The notes: generated by a model from the sequence alone, not told the origin. 32,000 bases of DNA from Promethearchaeum syntrophicum (GCF_008000775.2 NZ_CP042905.2:870001-902000); one strand, 5' to 3'. Counted from the first letter of the stretch, positions 1-8,983 are shown. Numbers and translations are program-made.

Positions 1-718
1 CGACCATATTTGAATAATTACCAATATTTTTCATATAATTAATAAAATAACCGATTCCAGCCCCGCTAATACCCATCATTTCCGCTGCAATGACACACAT
101 CCAACCTACTCCAATTGCCACTCTTAATCCAGTGATAATACTTGGTAATATTGATGGCAAAATTACATCCCATGCGATTTGTGATCTTGACGCACCCAAA
201 GATTTTGCAACATCTTGGTATACTTTTGAGCTTTGGCGAACTCCATCATATATATTTTGTAATAATGGAAAAAAAGCTCCCATAAAAATTATAAAAGCAT
301 GGGATGTGGTTGTTAATCCAAATGTAATTATTGCAAATGGGATCCAGGCTATTGGGGGAATTGGGCGAATCATTTCAATTATTGGTTTAATTATTCCATC
401 TAAGAAAGGGTTTACTGCTATTGCAATCCCTAAAGGTATTGCAATGATAAATGCATAGAGAACCCCTATAAAAACTCGAAATAGACTTGCACCTACATGT
501 TCTAATAGTGTAACTCCATCAACTGGATTCCAAAATAGAATAAAAAATGATTTGAACGCCTCATGAGGAAAAGGAACTACACTTATCCCATTATATGAAA
601 GTTGGAGAATTAAAACAAAAATATACCATAATACAATGAATAATGCAAATCCTAATACAATATTAACAGTAATTCGGACATTCGGCTTTTTTTGAATTTC
701 AATTGAAGTTTTTTCCAT
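1..718 (-). CDS. NitT/TauT (SsuC/TauC-like) ABC transporter permease, C-terminus truncated by window edge
   Basis: Manual minus-strand translation from ATG at 718: MEKTSIEIQKKPNVRITVNIVLGFALFIVLWYIF...VASLFRV-type core, ...IEMIRPIPPIAWIPFAIITFGLTTTSHAFIIFMGAFFPLFQNIYDG...AKSLGASRSQIAWDVILPSILPSIITGLRVAIGVGWMCVIAAEMMG...; typical BPD_transp_1 permease with EAA-like loop. Absent from the ORF track because it runs off the window. Confidence 0.93.
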   Translation of the reverse strand, partial: MEKTSIEIQKKPNVRITVNIVLGFALFIVLWYIFVLILQLSYNGISVVPFPHEAFKSFFILFWNPVDGVTLLEHVGASLFRVFIGVLYAFIIAIPLGIAIAVNPFLDGIIKPIIEMIRPIPPIAWIPFAIITFGLTTTSHAFIIFMGAFFPLLQNIYDGVRQSSKVYQDVAKSLGASRSQIAWDVILPSILPSIITGLRVAIGVGWMCVIAAEMMGISGAGIGYFINYMKNIGNYSNMV

Positions 719-774
719 ATTTTTTCCTTCTAATTATACTTCTTTCAATTAATTCTAGATTTTATTTTTTATTT

Positions 775-1422
775 CTATTTATCATTCCGAGTAATTTTCA
801 TATAAAACACTTCATTACGTATTTGTATTTCACAACTACAATTAATAGGATCTTTTTCTAAGACAGTTTTAAAATATTGGCTCCAATATTTTCCATATTT
901 TATTTGGTTAAAGTTGTGATAAAATGCAATTTCGAAATTTCTTCCATAATTTATGTCTTTTGGCTTATCTTGAGCTTTTATTTGAATTTGCCAAAAATAA
1001 TTCCCTGCTATCCAAATACTTCTAATTGCATTCAAAATTTCATACAAAGTTAAAGTGGAAATATCATTGGTATTATGAAACCATTCGATTAATTGAACAC
1101 AATTGTTATTTTCTTGTGGTTCTGTGGGAATTTTATCAATATACGACATGAATGTTGTGCGTCCGACTGCTACCATGCTGAAATCACTTCTCATTAAGTG
1201 CCACAATTTGTATGGGTCGAGATTTCTTTTTTTTATATCATCTAATAAGTGATCCCGTATTTTTATTAAATCCACGGCTTCTTCAATGACCCTAGAAAGA
1301 CTTCCATAGGATATAGACAATTTTTTCATAGTATCATACGTTTCCTTAGAAACTGTAGTATGAATGTGCTGTTTTTCTGATTTCATGAAATTTTTTCCCA
1401 CACTTTTGATCATTATGAACAC
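775..1422 (-). CDS. RHH-like regulator with an uncharacterised C-terminal domain; probable real start at the internal ATG at 1386 (MKSEKQHIHTTVSKETYDTMKKLS...)
   Basis: N-terminal pattern IHTTVSKETYDTMKKLSISYGSLSRVIEEAVDLI resembles RHH/CopG-type DNA-binding; about 150-aa C-terminal region of unknown family. Confidence 0.65.
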   Translation of the reverse strand: MFIMIKSVGKNFMKSEKQHIHTTVSKETYDTMKKLSISYGSLSRVIEEAVDLIKIRDHLLDDIKKRNLDPYKLWHLMRSDFSMVAVGRTTFMSYIDKIPTEPQENNNCVQLIEWFHNTNDISTLTLYEILNAIRSIWIAGNYFWQIQIKAQDKPKDINYGRNFEIAFYHNFNQIKYGKYWSQYFKTVLEKDPINCSCEIQIRNEVFYMKITRNDK

Positions 1423-1434
1423 GAGTGTTCATAA
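1413..1434. promoter_or_regulatory. Perfect inverted repeat TTATGAACAC-GA-GTGTTCATAA, candidate operator
   Basis: 10-bp arms and 2-bp spacer read directly; sits between the likely RHH start (1386) and the divergent substrate-binding protein gene (1511). Confidence 0.6.
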
Positions 1435-1510
1435 AGGTCTGTTACTTCTAAGATCTTAATAGATATAAATTTTGATGATTTTGAATCAAAATTCTATCGG
1501 AGTTTAGAAA

Positions 1511-2521
1511 ATGGTATCAAGAAAAAATAAAGCATTATTATTGATTTCTATTTTAATGTTAACAGGTATAACTGCCGTTTCTATCTACTTCGTGGATAAA
1601 AATAGAGCAGATGTAAAAATAGGTTTTTTAGAAGGGGATTTACATCAACTCGCATTCTATGTTGCTAGAGAAAATGGTTTTTATGAAAAAGAAAATATAA
1701 CGATTAAAGGAGTTTCCTTTGCGAATGGTGGTGATGTAATGACTTCATTTGCTGCTAGTAAAAGAAGCATTGATATGGCATATTTTGGGTTTGCTCCTGC
1801 CCTTTATCACAGATTTAATAATCCAGCAGCAAATATTACAGTTTTAGCTGGTGTAAACGTAAATGGATCTGCATTGATTGTGAAAAACGATTCATCAATT
1901 CAAACAGGAGCAGACCTTGAAGGACTTAAAATTGCAGTTCCAGCTCGACACAATATGCAAGATTTTATATTGAGTATGATCCTCAACAATTCAGGATTAA
2001 CATATGGTGATATCGATTTAGAGGTAGGAACTACACCTTCAGATATGGTTATAAAATTACAAGGTGGTTCAATTGATGGATATGTCGCTTGGGAACCTCA
2101 TTGCATTAAAGGAACTATAAATGATGTCGGAAAATATCTCTATAAAAGCAGTGATGTGTGGGCAAATCATCCCTGTTGCATTATCGCAACTCATAATGAA
2201 TTCTTAGAAAATAATGCATCAATTGTAAACAGCGTATTAAAAGTTCATAAACAAGCAACTGATTGGATTTTGAAAAATTGGGATGCCGCAAAAGCAATTG
2301 CAATGGACAAAATGAATTTAAGCGAAATACAAGCATCCATTGCTATGGCAAATATTGGATATGTTTATGATATGGATCTTGCTCAGATGGAATTATTTGT
2401 CGAAAAATTAGTAAAATTAAATCCCGGTATCAGTATGGATTCAGAAAATATACCTGCAGGATTGAATGCATCTACATTTATCGATTGGTTTGTGGATCCT
2501 TCGTATATTGAAGCTTTGTAA
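1511..2521 (+). CDS. NitT/TauT-type ABC transporter substrate-binding protein (NMT1/SsuA-like)
   Basis: Signal/TM anchor then ADVKIGFLEGDLHQLAFYVARENGFYEKENI...KLQGGSIDGYVAWEPHCIKG...HPCCIIATHNEFLENNASIV. Confidence 0.9.
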   Translation: MVSRKNKALLLISILMLTGITAVSIYFVDKNRADVKIGFLEGDLHQLAFYVARENGFYEKENITIKGVSFANGGDVMTSFAASKRSIDMAYFGFAPALYHRFNNPAANITVLAGVNVNGSALIVKNDSSIQTGADLEGLKIAVPARHNMQDFILSMILNNSGLTYGDIDLEVGTTPSDMVIKLQGGSIDGYVAWEPHCIKGTINDVGKYLYKSSDVWANHPCCIIATHNEFLENNASIVNSVLKVHKQATDWILKNWDAAKAIAMDKMNLSEIQASIAMANIGYVYDMDLAQMELFVEKLVKLNPGISMDSENIPAGLNASTFIDWFVDPSYIEAL

Positions 2522-2637
2522 TCTTTTCTTCAATCATTATATTTTTTTTATTACATTTTATTTCATCTAATAAATGGACAAATCAGAGGTAATATATATA
2601 AGATCTAAATACAAAAATGATATGAGAGAGATAATAA

Positions 2638-3624
2638 GTGGAAAACCTTGATGATGTATTGCCTTACCTAAAATTAAGAGATGGGGAAGAAATTTTGTTT
2701 GCGAAACGATTCGAAGGAGCCATTCCAATTACATGGTTAGCAAAATATCATGAACCAGAGAAATTTCCAGAACATTTAATTACAATAAAGAAAGAACATT
2801 ATTTTTTTGATCAATTGGATATTATAACCAACTTTCGACTCATAAAATTTGGCATAAACTATATTTACATGGAAAAAGATAGAGTAACCCCGCTTTCGGA
2901 GATTTTTCATCATGAAAATTTGTTTCTTTGGGTCAATTTAGAAGATATTATTGATTTCAATGTCCATTTTGAGTTAGTAAAAGATGGTTATGGAGGAATG
3001 GGATTTAAATTCATTGGAAAAGGAAGGTTGATTGTCAAAGAGAACCCTCTTCACTTCACAGGTTATAATTACGAAGAATATTGTCAAGTCCGAGATATTG
3101 CGGTAAAACTATTAAAATTTGATAAGCAAGAAATTGATAAAAATGAAGATATGAAAATTCAAGAGATTATAAAAAATGTTGATAAAATGTCTGTCCCGAT
3201 GTTTCTTGGAGTCATAATTATTGGATTATTTGTATTTGTCCTCAGTACTCCGATTGATGCCCAAAATCTTTCAGAATTTATTCTTTTTCATCCATTTGTT
3301 AGTCTATATGCGGTATATATGCTGTTTTTTCTGCTGTTTAATATTATAACCCGTTGGATACTTCATCAAAAGTCTAAAGAAAAGAAATTTTTCACTTTGA
3401 TGAAGTTTAGTTTTGCTTGGTATATAGGACCAGGATATTCTTTAGCATTTTTTGGTATAGGAATTGGAGTATTGATGGTATATGGTGGACTTTCAAGTGT
3501 TATGGATAATAAATTGATTGCTTTGCTAATATCTTTAGGATTTTGGGAACTTGTTTTAGTATTTGCATTTGGGTTCGATATATACATTCATAAAAAAAAA
3601 AAAAAAAGCAAAAAAAGTCACTGA
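2638..3624 (+). CDS. Membrane protein with possible N-terminal PH-like region and C-terminal transmembrane helices
   Basis: Long ORF; N-terminal soluble part, then at least four hydrophobic segments; ends in a poly-Lys tail encoded by an A16 run. Confidence 0.6.
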   Translation: MENLDDVLPYLKLRDGEEILFAKRFEGAIPITWLAKYHEPEKFPEHLITIKKEHYFFDQLDIITNFRLIKFGINYIYMEKDRVTPLSEIFHHENLFLWVNLEDIIDFNVHFELVKDGYGGMGFKFIGKGRLIVKENPLHFTGYNYEEYCQVRDIAVKLLKFDKQEIDKNEDMKIQEIIKNVDKMSVPMFLGVIIIGLFVFVLSTPIDAQNLSEFILFHPFVSLYAVYMLFFLLFNIITRWILHQKSKEKKFFTLMKFSFAWYIGPGYSLAFFGIGIGVLMVYGGLSSVMDNKLIALLISLGFWELVLVFAFGFDIYIHKKKKKSKKSH

Positions 3625-3778
3625 TAAGAATGTTGAAGCGTTTTAGATATATTTCATGCATTTTTATTTTAATTTTTCTTGTTTTTTTCATTATTTATCG
3701 TAAAGCCTATAACGATAATTCATTAATATGGGCAAACATGAAATTAATTGTTGGTGAAAAAAAATTCCTACAGATTTT

Positions 3779-5005
3779 TTGAAAAACTCGATTTGTGGAT
3801 TCTATTGGATTCGATCAAGCGGTATTCCGTTTTTTAAATGGTTTTCTGAAGAATTTTTTGAAAAGAAATGGAATACAGACAATTTATTTTTTTCAGGTTT
3901 TTTTTCAGCGCTAAATTCATCTGCAGATACATTCTTTGAAAACTCACCTCTCTCTCTTATTGAATTTGCAGATTACAGAGTTTATTGTAACACAATTCGT
4001 TCCGGTGATATTTTTGTCTTAATTACTTTGAAAGATTTCCCTAAGATAATTTCAGAGAAACTCATGAATAAAATGGTTGAGCAATATTATGAAACTGTTC
4101 TTTCAAACGATATTTTAGAAACTAAAGAGGAAAAAGATGTAAGAGTTCAATTTTTAAAATATATAGACGAAATAGAAGAGAACATAAAAGACGGAACTAA
4201 AATTTTAACTCTAAAAGAAAAAAATTTTAGAGATCAAGAAAAAAAAAAGAGTGTCAGTGCCACACAATTACATAAAAATATAAATCAATCCAATCAAGAA
4301 CTCCAAACAAAGGTAAATGATTTGGAGTCAAAAATAAAATCCATAGATATGGTAACAAAAACTATCGCGCATACATTTAATAATCTATTATCTTCAATCC
4401 TTGGATATGTAAGTTTACTCAAGGTTGACTATGAAAATGCGGAATTTTTCGATACTCTTGAGGAAATGGAACATTCGTCATTGCGGGCTCGAGATTTAAC
4501 ATCACAGTTATTAACTTTAGTAAAAAGTTTAGACTCTCATTCTAAGAAAATTGAAGGACGACAAAAAAAAGAATCATTACCGGTTCATACTAAACCGATT
4601 GAAAGCGATTCTCAAATTATAAAAGGAAGAGGAAGAATTTTAGTATTAGATGACGAAAAAACGATTTTAGATGTTGCAAATAAGATGTTATCTCATCTAG
4701 GGTATAATGTAAGTGGAGCTATTTTTCTTGAACAAGCTATTGAAATGTATCGCGTAAGTCTAAAAAAAGGAAGAAAATATGCGGCAGTAATTTTAGATCT
4801 ATCCGAATTAGGTGGATCGGAAGGATATGGCTTGAAATTATGGAAAGAGGTAGATCCTGATGTTAAAACAATCATAAGTAGTGGATATGCTGATGATCCT
4901 ATTTTTGAAGATTATAAAAAATATGGTATCAAGGCAGTATTAAAAAAACCGTATGATATTGCTAAATTGAGTAAAATTCTCTACGAAGTTATCAGTTCAA
5001 AATAA
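3779..5005 (+). CDS. N-terminal longin/roadblock-like module + coiled coil + HisKA-like DHp + receiver (REC) domain; no HATPase_c seen
   Basis: GFYWIRSSGIPFFKWF...FSGFFSALNSS...; TIAHTFNNLLSSILGYVSLLKVDYENAEFFDTLEEMEHSSLRARDLTSQLLTLVK; GRGRILVLDDEKTILDVANKMLSHLGYNV...AVILDLSELGGSEGYGLKLWKEVDPDVKTIISSGYADDP...GIKAVLKKPYDIAKLSKIL. Confidence 0.85.
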   Translation: MKNSICGFYWIRSSGIPFFKWFSEEFFEKKWNTDNLFFSGFFSALNSSADTFFENSPLSLIEFADYRVYCNTIRSGDIFVLITLKDFPKIISEKLMNKMVEQYYETVLSNDILETKEEKDVRVQFLKYIDEIEENIKDGTKILTLKEKNFRDQEKKKSVSATQLHKNINQSNQELQTKVNDLESKIKSIDMVTKTIAHTFNNLLSSILGYVSLLKVDYENAEFFDTLEEMEHSSLRARDLTSQLLTLVKSLDSHSKKIEGRQKKESLPVHTKPIESDSQIIKGRGRILVLDDEKTILDVANKMLSHLGYNVSGAIFLEQAIEMYRVSLKKGRKYAAVILDLSELGGSEGYGLKLWKEVDPDVKTIISSGYADDPIFEDYKKYGIKAVLKKPYDIAKLSKILYEVISSK

Positions 5006-5029
5006 TAAGAGGTATTTTTTTCAAATTCT

Positions 5030-6439
5030 CTAAATTTTCTCAGCGACAAATGGTTTTAGTGCATATAGTGCTAAGATGAATAAAGGTATCAGAGCCAGTT
5101 CCACAAATATCGATATTATAAAAGGCATTTGGTGACTTATTATCCAAGCATAGCCTCCGAGTATTGGACCAATCACTCCTCCAAGCAGACCAACCCACTG
5201 CCGAATTCCAAAAATCTTCCCCCGATGAGTTTTTGAAAATCTACTTAGGAAATTCTGTAAAATCAACATACCTAACCAAGCAAAAACCATATCAAAAACT
5301 AAAAGTAACCCGAAAATCCATTCTGAGGGTGAATTAATCAAAAACCAAGTAATCGATGCCCCCAAAATTCCCGTAATTAATATCGTAATTCTAGGATTTA
5401 TTTTGTCTGCTAAAACACCTAATTTTGGGGCAAGTAGCTGTGCGATCAATTCACTTGGTAAATAAACAAGCATTACTAATATCGGGTTTTGAACAAAATT
5501 TTCAATTAAATAGGGTTGAAGGTAAGGATATGAAAGCGATTGATTTATGCTGGTCAACATAAATGCCAGCATAAAAGTAATAAACCCAAAAACCAACAAA
5601 CTCTTTCGATTATTATTATTATTATTATTTTCAGATTTTTCAAGATTAGAGTTTTCTTTGGTAACTAAATCAATAACTATCGAGGATTCTGGATCATTTT
5701 CTAATGAAGACATATAGATATCATAAGTTAGATTTTCATCAGTTTTTTTAAAAAATATAATCCCTGCATATATATTTGAAAAAGTGAATAGTAAAAGAGG
5801 GCTATAAACAACCCAAGTCATATCTGGAATGAATGTATATGAGATTGCAAAAATTGTAAGACTGATTAATGAACCGAATAAATTTCCCATTCCAATTTTT
5901 CCCCCCCTTTTTCCAAAAGCGGCTGCTCTGTAGGTTTTATAAGATTTTTGAGATATTAAAGCGTCTAAGGGTGTCCAAAAAAACCCTACTGCAAATCCAA
6001 GGAAAAATATTGCAAATGCAAACCCCAAAAATGATTTGAAGATAATTGATAAATACATAATAATATACGAAATTGCACGACCAAATGACCCTATTAAAAC
6101 CAGTATTTTCTTTGAATATTTATCAGTAAGATACCCCACAATCAATGCTGATATTAACCCTCCGATTGTGCTTCCTGAAACAACAAATCCCAAATCAGTT
6201 CCGCTACCCCCTAATATTTGTAATGTGGCATAAGGCATTAGAAATGAAAAGAAGAAAAATCCTAAACTATTCCAAAAAATAATTTGAAGCATCGGTTTAA
6301 AATCGGGAGTCACCAATTCTTCCTTGTCTTTTTCAAAATCCTTCGGTTTTTTTGGTGATTTAATTTTTTTAGAAATAGTCGGTTTATCCAATATCTTTCC
6401 AGATTCAGATAAACTCTTCGGGGTGCTTGGGGGTGGCAA
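5030..6439 (-). CDS. Major facilitator superfamily transporter with Pro/Lys-rich N-terminal extension
   Basis: Multiple TM helices, GGLISALIVGYLTDKYSKKILVLIGSFGRAISYI (MFS loop 2-3 motif), second half PSELIAQLLAPKLGVLADKINPRITI. Confidence 0.85.
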   Translation of the reverse strand: MPPPSTPKSLSESGKILDKPTISKKIKSPKKPKDFEKDKEELVTPDFKPMLQIIFWNSLGFFFFSFLMPYATLQILGGSGTDLGFVVSGSTIGGLISALIVGYLTDKYSKKILVLIGSFGRAISYIIMYLSIIFKSFLGFAFAIFFLGFAVGFFWTPLDALISQKSYKTYRAAAFGKRGGKIGMGNLFGSLISLTIFAISYTFIPDMTWVVYSPLLLFTFSNIYAGIIFFKKTDENLTYDIYMSSLENDPESSIVIDLVTKENSNLEKSENNNNNNNRKSLLVFGFITFMLAFMLTSINQSLSYPYLQPYLIENFVQNPILVMLVYLPSELIAQLLAPKLGVLADKINPRITILITGILGASITWFLINSPSEWIFGLLLVFDMVFAWLGMLILQNFLSRFSKTHRGKIFGIRQWVGLLGGVIGPILGGYAWIISHQMPFIISIFVELALIPLFILALYALKPFVAEKI

Positions 6440-6669
6440 TTAAATTTATTCCTTCAGTAAATTGTAAATCCTACCTTTTAAAACCCAGAAAATTTATTAA
6501 AATTTTGGAAAAATGTGTAACTATGTGGGATTAAATCTCTACAAAAAAAAGTGCAACTTTATATTCTAAAAAACTTGTCTCTAAAAATTTTTATGATATG
6601 TAAAATGGCTTTATTTGGATTTAAAGGGAATTTGATGTGAAATATCAAATCCAATTTCCAAGATGGATT

Positions 6670-6773
6670 GCCTTTGTAGTCTAGCGGCTATTACGCTGCC
6701 TTGGTATTAAATGGACAATTCGCTCCATTTTCAAAACAGGCAGATGTCGAGAGTTCGAATCTCTCCAAAGGCT
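6670..6773 (+). tRNA. tRNA-Thr(GGT) with a 31-nt intron (6707..6737) at position 37/38
   Basis: Acceptor GCCTTTG/CAAAGGC, anticodon stem CTGCC/GGCAG, T-arm GAGAG-TTCGAAT-CTCTC, discriminator T. Intron forms stem AAATGGA/TCCATTT; joining gives loop TT-GGT-AA. D-stem is weak (GTCT/TTAC). Confidence 0.85.
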
Positions 6774-6915
6774 ATTTAACTCTTTTTAATTTTTAATCGT
6801 TTAGTTTTATTTGTAGGTTTCCTCGTCACCATTGCAATACTAGTCCTATTTTCTTCTAAAGCACAGAAAATCTAATTTTTTAGTATATTAAAAATTAATA
6901 GGGTTTTTATTCCTC

Positions 6916-7257
6916 TTAATTATTCTGAAATTCTTCAATTGCATTAATAACAATCCCAGAATACATCATTGAAGGGCCTCCCCCCAACAATCCCGTGACC
7001 ATACATGCTTCTAATAATTCATCTCGAGTTGCTCCAAAATCAAGCGCTTTTTTTGTATGATAAACAATACACCACTCACATTTTTGAGCCACGCTAACAG
7101 AGACCATTATAATCTGTTTCATTTTAGCTGAGAGTACACCGTCTTTTTCAGCACTATGAATATATTTAGTGAATCCTTTTATTGCAGTTGGATTAAATTC
7201 GTTTAATTGATTGAAAGTTTTTTTTGCTTCTTCATTTAGAGCTTTTGCAGATTTCAT
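6916..7257 (-). CDS. Carboxymuconolactone decarboxylase/AhpD-like family protein
   Basis: KMKQIIMVSVSVAQKCEWCIVYHTKKALDFGATRDELLEACMVTGLLGGGPSMMY with CxxC and His typical of the family. Confidence 0.9.
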   Translation of the reverse strand: MKSAKALNEEAKKTFNQLNEFNPTAIKGFTKYIHSAEKDGVLSAKMKQIIMVSVSVAQKCEWCIVYHTKKALDFGATRDELLEACMVTGLLGGGPSMMYSGIVINAIEEFQNN

Positions 7258-7329
7258 ACTTATTTAAAGAAATCGTCAAAAATAAAGGATCACAAATAAA
7301 TATCATACTTTAGAATTATGAAAAAATGC

Positions 7330-8940
7330 TTAAAATGCCTGACGATGAACGAAAATCGAACGTAGGCCGAAATATTTAACAACCAGTCGGTAGACAGAAG
7401 AGAATAAATTATTATCCCCATTCCACGCGACTAAAACCTTTTCATATTTTTCTTCAAATTCCTTCAAAAATTCTATCATTTGATTACGCAGAGTGGTCAA
7501 TTCGTATTCGGTCATAACCGCCAAAGTAGCATACTTGCCTTTTTCTAGCATGATGCAATAATCTTTTTGCTTTATGGTTTTTAAGGTCGAGCGGGAGGTA
7601 ATTGCTTCTGTAATTGACATAACTCCATTCAGAACACCGCTAGTGAGGGATAAATCTGCCTGGAATTTTTTTTTTCGGAGAACCTTTGAATAAAGTGGAA
7701 GGCCCGAATCGGAGATGACTAAAAGTAGCTCAACACTTTGTTGCCACCTTAATTCTTCTTTGGAGGGGAGTGTTTCAGGTATTTGAAAAATGATATAAGG
7801 CATGAGAAGATAGACAAAAACTTGAGAAAATAAAAAAATAATGGAATTTTCACCGATGGTGATAACTTGCATTAATAGATAATCAAACAAGATCCCAAGA
7901 CTCATCCCCGTCCCTTGAATGATGAAATTTATACCAAATTGAATCGGATAGTTCTTTTTCGGGGCTAATTCTATCGGAACAATCATAGTTGCTCCCGGAA
8001 TTAAGAATGTAAATCCAATCCCCATGATTGCAGGGGAGATATAGAGATATACATATATATTACCGATAAAAAACACCATTAATGCAATGCCAATCCCCAT
8101 TATTATGACGCCTAAACCCATAGACCAACGACGTCCAATAGAATCATATAACATTCCTGCAAAGATCGCAAAGATACTAGAACTAATGAATAAAACAATT
8201 ATATAAGTACCAAGATTTGTGAGGAATTCGTCTCCAGAAAATATTGGATCATTATCAATTATTAGGACGGCTGCAAAAAAGAGATTGGAAATTTGAAAGC
8301 CCGCAAGAAGGAGTAGGATCCAATACCGTTTTTTCATCTTTACTCCCTTTAGAAATTTTCTCCAAGATGTGGAATTTTTAGATATATGCATTTGATTGTG
8401 ACCCAAGAAATATGCAAGAAGTGCTACTGAATATAAGAAGAGAATGAAGATAATCTGTCCAAAGGTATTGGACTTAAGATAAAGGAGCACATATATCGTT
8501 ATTAGAATAAAACTAACCAAATTAGTGAGGTATTGCCATTTGCCAAGATATTGGGGGAAAATATAAACCTCTTTCGCATATCCGCTGATAATAGGAAAAA
8601 TGTGTCCTAATGAAAGTCCAGTCAAGCTGAGGAAGACAAAAATTAGCCAGGCTTGAGTTAGCAAGTGTAGACCAATATAAGATCCGATCAAAGTAGTTAG
8701 CGATACTAAAAATACAATATTTTGATCTTTTCTAGCTGAAAAAAAGATGAAAATGATGGCTCCGAGAACTACTCCCACGAAATTCACACAGATCCAGACT
8801 AAATTTAGACCGAATTCTTCTAAAATTTGAATAGCTAAGAAAAAATTTATAAAATATGAGAAAGATCCGGCAAGAATACCGGCAATTAACTTAAATCCTT
8901 TGGTTTGGAGCACTTTCCAGCTCTCCATAAGAAATGTCAT
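7330..8940 (-). CDS. MFS-like polytopic transporter with C-terminal cytosolic longin/roadblock-like domain
   Basis: About 12 hydrophobic segments with GMLYDSIGRRWSMGLGVIIMGIG motif, then LLLVISDSGLPLYSKVLRKKKFQADLSLTSGVLNGVMSITEAI...IKQKDYCIMLEKGKYATLAVMTEYELTTLRNQMIEFLKEFEEKYEKVL. Confidence 0.75.
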   Translation of the reverse strand: MTFLMESWKVLQTKGFKLIAGILAGSFSYFINFFLAIQILEEFGLNLVWICVNFVGVVLGAIIFIFFSARKDQNIVFLVSLTTLIGSYIGLHLLTQAWLIFVFLSLTGLSLGHIFPIISGYAKEVYIFPQYLGKWQYLTNLVSFILITIYVLLYLKSNTFGQIIFILFLYSVALLAYFLGHNQMHISKNSTSWRKFLKGVKMKKRYWILLLLAGFQISNLFFAAVLIIDNDPIFSGDEFLTNLGTYIIVLFISSSIFAIFAGMLYDSIGRRWSMGLGVIIMGIGIALMVFFIGNIYVYLYISPAIMGIGFTFLIPGATMIVPIELAPKKNYPIQFGINFIIQGTGMSLGILFDYLLMQVITIGENSIIFLFSQVFVYLLMPYIIFQIPETLPSKEELRWQQSVELLLVISDSGLPLYSKVLRKKKFQADLSLTSGVLNGVMSITEAITSRSTLKTIKQKDYCIMLEKGKYATLAVMTEYELTTLRNQMIEFLKEFEEKYEKVLVAWNGDNNLFSSVYRLVVKYFGLRSIFVHRQAF

Positions 8941-8983
8941 ATCAACCTAAATTTTATTTACACTTTTCGAGGATATAAGTTTA

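Noticed and set aside
90-458. Plus-strand ORF of 122 aa
   Set aside because: Antisense shadow of the clear ABC permease on the minus strand.
3366-3691. Minus-strand ORFs 3366..3587 and 3500..3691
   Set aside because: Overlap the longer plus-strand membrane protein and consist largely of antisense low-complexity sequence (e.g. FFCFFFFFYE).
4693-4875. Minus-strand 60-aa ORF in the REC domain
   Set aside because: Antisense to a highly recognisable receiver domain.
6036-6233. Short plus-strand ORF within the MFS gene
   Set aside because: Antisense to the minus-strand transporter; no recognisable domain.
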